The notes under the pieces are model-generated. The model searched no databases. It saw only the letters and a list, made by a program, of their open reading frames with translations, and was not told the origin of the DNA. A stretch of DNA of 64,000 nt from an uncultured cyanobacterium (GTDB taxonomy: Bacteria; Cyanobacteriota; Cyanobacteriia; PCC-6307; Cyanobiaceae): NCBI GenBank assembly GCA_963765575.1, contig CAVXWZ010000011.1, positions 544,001-608,000 on the forward strand, written 5' to 3'. Position numbers and translations under genes: made by a program. This document shows positions 61,536 through 64,000 of the stretch, piece after piece. Each line of letters opens with the position of its first letter. Within the stretch, counting starts at the first letter, position 1.

Positions 61536-64000
61536 GGCGGATCCCACGGGACCGATCAATCCAGGGGATTCCGGTTCGGACGGGGATTCACGGGTCATCC
61601 AGACCGACCTCCGCAACGAGATGTCGCGCTCCTATCTGGAGTATGCGATGAGTGTGATCGTGGGTCGGGCCCTGCCCGATGCCCGCGATGGCCTCAAGCC
61701 CGTGCATCGCCGGATCCTGTTCGCGATGTACGAACTGGGCCTCACCAGCGACCGGCCCTACCGCAAGTGTGCCCGTGTGGTGGGGGAGGTGCTCGGTAAG
61801 TACCACCCCCATGGCGACACGGCGGTGTACGACGCCCTGGTGCGCATGGCGCAGAGCTTTTCACTGCGCATGCCGCTGATCGATGGCCATGGCAACTTCG
61901 GGTCGGTGGACAACGATCCGCCGGCCGCCATGCGCTACACCGAATCGCGGCTCCAGGCCCTCACCACCGACGCCCTGCTGGAGGATATCGAGTGCGAAAC
62001 CGTGGATTTCGCCGACAACTTCGACGGCAGTCAGCAGGAACCCACGGTCCTGCCGGCGCGCATTCCCCAGCTGCTGCTCAACGGCTCCTCCGGCATCGCC
62101 GTGGGGATGGCCACCAACATTCCACCCCACAATCTGGGCGAGCTGATTGAGGGAATGCTGGCTCTGATCGCCAACCCCGAGATCACGGACCGGGAGCTGC
62201 AGGCCCTGATCCCCGGCCCAGACTTCCCCACCGGCGGGCAGATCCTCGGGCGCCGCGGCATCCGCGAGATCTATGCCAGTGGGCGGGGCTCGGTGACCAT
62301 GCGCGGCGTCGCCGGCATCGAGACGATTGAGGCCAAGGGCCGGCCTGATCGGGATGCGGTGATCATCACCGAGTTGCCTTATCAGACCAACAAGGCCGCC
62401 ATGATTGAGCGCATCGCCGAGCTGGTCAACGACAAAAAGCTTGAGGGCATCAGCGACATCCGCGACGAATCCGATCGCGATGGCATGCGGGTGGTGATCG
62501 AGCTGCGCCGCGATGCCTATCCCCAGGTGGTGCTGAACAATCTGTTCAAGCTCACGCCGCTGCAGAGCAACTTCAACGCCTACATGCTGGCCCTGGTGCG
62601 CAATGAGCCGGTGCTGCTCAATCTTCGGCGCATGCTCGAGGTATTCCTCGATTACCGCATCGAGACGATCGAACGGCGCACCCGCTACCTGCTGCGCAAG
62701 GCCGAGGAGCGCGATCACATCCTGCTGGGATTGTTGATCGCCCTCGACAATCTCGATGCGATCATTGCCCTCATCCGCGCGGCAGCCGACACCGCCACGG
62801 CCCGATCTGGGCTGACCGAACAGTTCGGCCTCACCGATGTCCAGGCCGACGCCATTCTGCAGATGCAGTTGCGCCGGCTCACGGCCCTGGAGGCCGACAA
62901 GATCAGGCTTGAGCACGAAGATCTGCTCGCCAAGATCACCGACTACAAGGACATCCTGGCCCGGCGGGAGCGGGTGCTGGAAATCATCCAGGACGAGCTG
63001 GCGACGATTCGCAGCCGCTACGACTCACCGCGGCGCACCGAGATTCTCGATCTCGAGGGTGGCCTTGAAGACATCGACCTGATCGCCAATGAGCGCTCGG
63101 TGGTGCTGCTCACCGAGACCGGCTACCTCAAGCGGATGCCGGTGAGTGAGTTTGAGGCCACCAGCCGCGGCACCCGCGGCAAGGCCGGCACCCGCAGCCA
63201 GGGCGAGGAGGCGGTGAAGCTGTTCATCAGCTGCAACGACCACGACAATCTGCTGCTGTTCAGCGACCGCGGCGTGGTCTACACGGTGCCGGCCTACCGG
63301 GTGCCGGTGGGCAGCCGCGGCGCCAAGGGCACCCCGATCGTGCAGCTGCTGCCGATTCCACGTGAGGAGCAGATCACCTCCCTGCTGGCGGTGAGTGAAT
63401 TCACCGACGACGGCGTGCTCGTGATGCTCACCAGCGGCGGCACCATCAAGCGCACCCGCCTCTCGGCCTTCGCCAACATTCGCTCCAACGGCCTGATTGC
63501 CATTGACCTGGTGCCCGGTGATTCCCTGCGCTGGGTGCGCCTCGCCCTGCCCGGCGACAGCGTGCTGATCGGCTCCCGCAAGGCGATGACGATCCACTTC
63601 CGCCTCAGCGACGAGGAGCTGAGGCCCCTGGGCCGCACCGCCCGGGGGGTGCGGGCGATGAATCTGCGCGCCGGTGATCAGCTCGTGAGCATGGATGTGC
63701 TGCCGGCCGAACTGGCCGACCGGGTGGCCGAGGTGTCCGCCGACGGCGATGACGAGACGGAGGCCGAGGCTGATGCCGACGAGGCTGTGGCCGCCACGGA
63801 AGGCCCCTGGGTCTTGGTGACCACCGCCAGCGGCCTGGGCAAACGCGTGCCGGTGGACCAGTTCCGGCTCCAGAAGCGCGCCGGCATGGGCCTGCGCGCG
63901 ATCCGCTTCCGCCAGAGCGACGACGTGCTGGTGGGCCTGCGGGTGCTGGGATCCGGCGAGGAGCTGCTGCTGGTGAGCGAGCGGGGCGTGATTGTGCGCA
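61534..64000 (+). CDS. gyrA: DNA gyrase subunit A, 3'-truncated by the window edge (absent from the ORF track)
   Basis: MADPTGP...[46 protein letters not shown] catalytic Tyr and pinwheel repeats. Confidence 0.95.
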   Translation, partial: MADPTGPINPGDSGSDGDSRVIQTDLRNEMSRSYLEYAMSVIVGRALPDARDGLKPVHRRILFAMYELGLTSDRPYRKCARVVGEVLGKYHPHGDTAVYDALVRMAQSFSLRMPLIDGHGNFGSVDNDPPAAMRYTESRLQALTTDALLEDIECETVDFADNFDGSQQEPTVLPARIPQLLLNGSSGIAVGMATNIPPHNLGELIEGMLALIANPEITDRELQALIPGPDFPTGGQILGRRGIREIYASGRGSVTMRGVAGIETIEAKGRPDRDAVIITELPYQTNKAAMIERIAELVNDKKLEGISDIRDESDRDGMRVVIELRRDAYPQVVLNNLFKLTPLQSNFNAYMLALVRNEPVLLNLRRMLEVFLDYRIETIERRTRYLLRKAEERDHILLGLLIALDNLDAIIALIRAAADTATARSGLTEQFGLTDVQADAILQMQLRRLTALEADKIRLEHEDLLAKITDYKDILARRERVLEIIQDELATIRSRYDSPRRTEILDLEGGLEDIDLIANERSVVLLTETGYLKRMPVSEFEATSRGTRGKAGTRSQGEEAVKLFISCNDHDNLLLFSDRGVVYTVPAYRVPVGSRGAKGTPIVQLLPIPREEQITSLLAVSEFTDDGVLVMLTSGGTIKRTRLSAFANIRSNGLIAIDLVPGDSLRWVRLALPGDSVLIGSRKAMTIHFRLSDEELRPLGRTARGVRAMNLRAGDQLVSMDVLPAELADRVAEVSADGDDETEAEADADEAVAATEGPWVLVTTASGLGKRVPVDQFRLQKRAGMGLRAIRFRQSDDVLVGLRVLGSGEELLLVSERGVIVR

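Overview
High-GC (~70%) picocyanobacterial DNA, Cyanobium/Synechococcus-like, judged from gene content, gene order and the Yfr1 sRNA. It is densely coding core genome. Contents: cobT, ribE, cyAbrB, the ctaCDE/ctaAB cytochrome oxidase cluster, groEL2, fabG, ispD, ubiA/plqA, ppx, tRNA-Val(CAC), cobM-lgt, petCA, tatC, gmk, psaFJ, tsaD, wecB, ychF, a peptide ABC pair, hom, sufE, ruvC, chlI, cytM, petG, hisH, trxA, Yfr1, guaB and gyrA (runs off the right end). I see no CRISPR array, integrase, transposase, prophage or recognisable defence system, and cannot support a claim of a large new system. The best leads are smaller. (1) PsaJ has lost the conserved Asn and the C-terminal chlorophyll-ligand His. 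(2) An orphan NikL/CbiL-like metal-binding protein abuts sufE, with a small ORF ahead of it. (3) A LOG-family gene is in frame with trxA behind an 18-bp tandem repeat. (4) A DUF39 protein lacks its catalytic Cys. (5) CoxB carries a His/Met tandem repeat. (6) An epsilonproteobacterial-type MQO sits beside the tRNA. (7) There are several small unannotated proteins. Three or four single-base frameshifts (groEL tail, rqcH, rsmD, possibly LOG) may be sequencing errors. Family assignments come from recalled motifs, not database searches.
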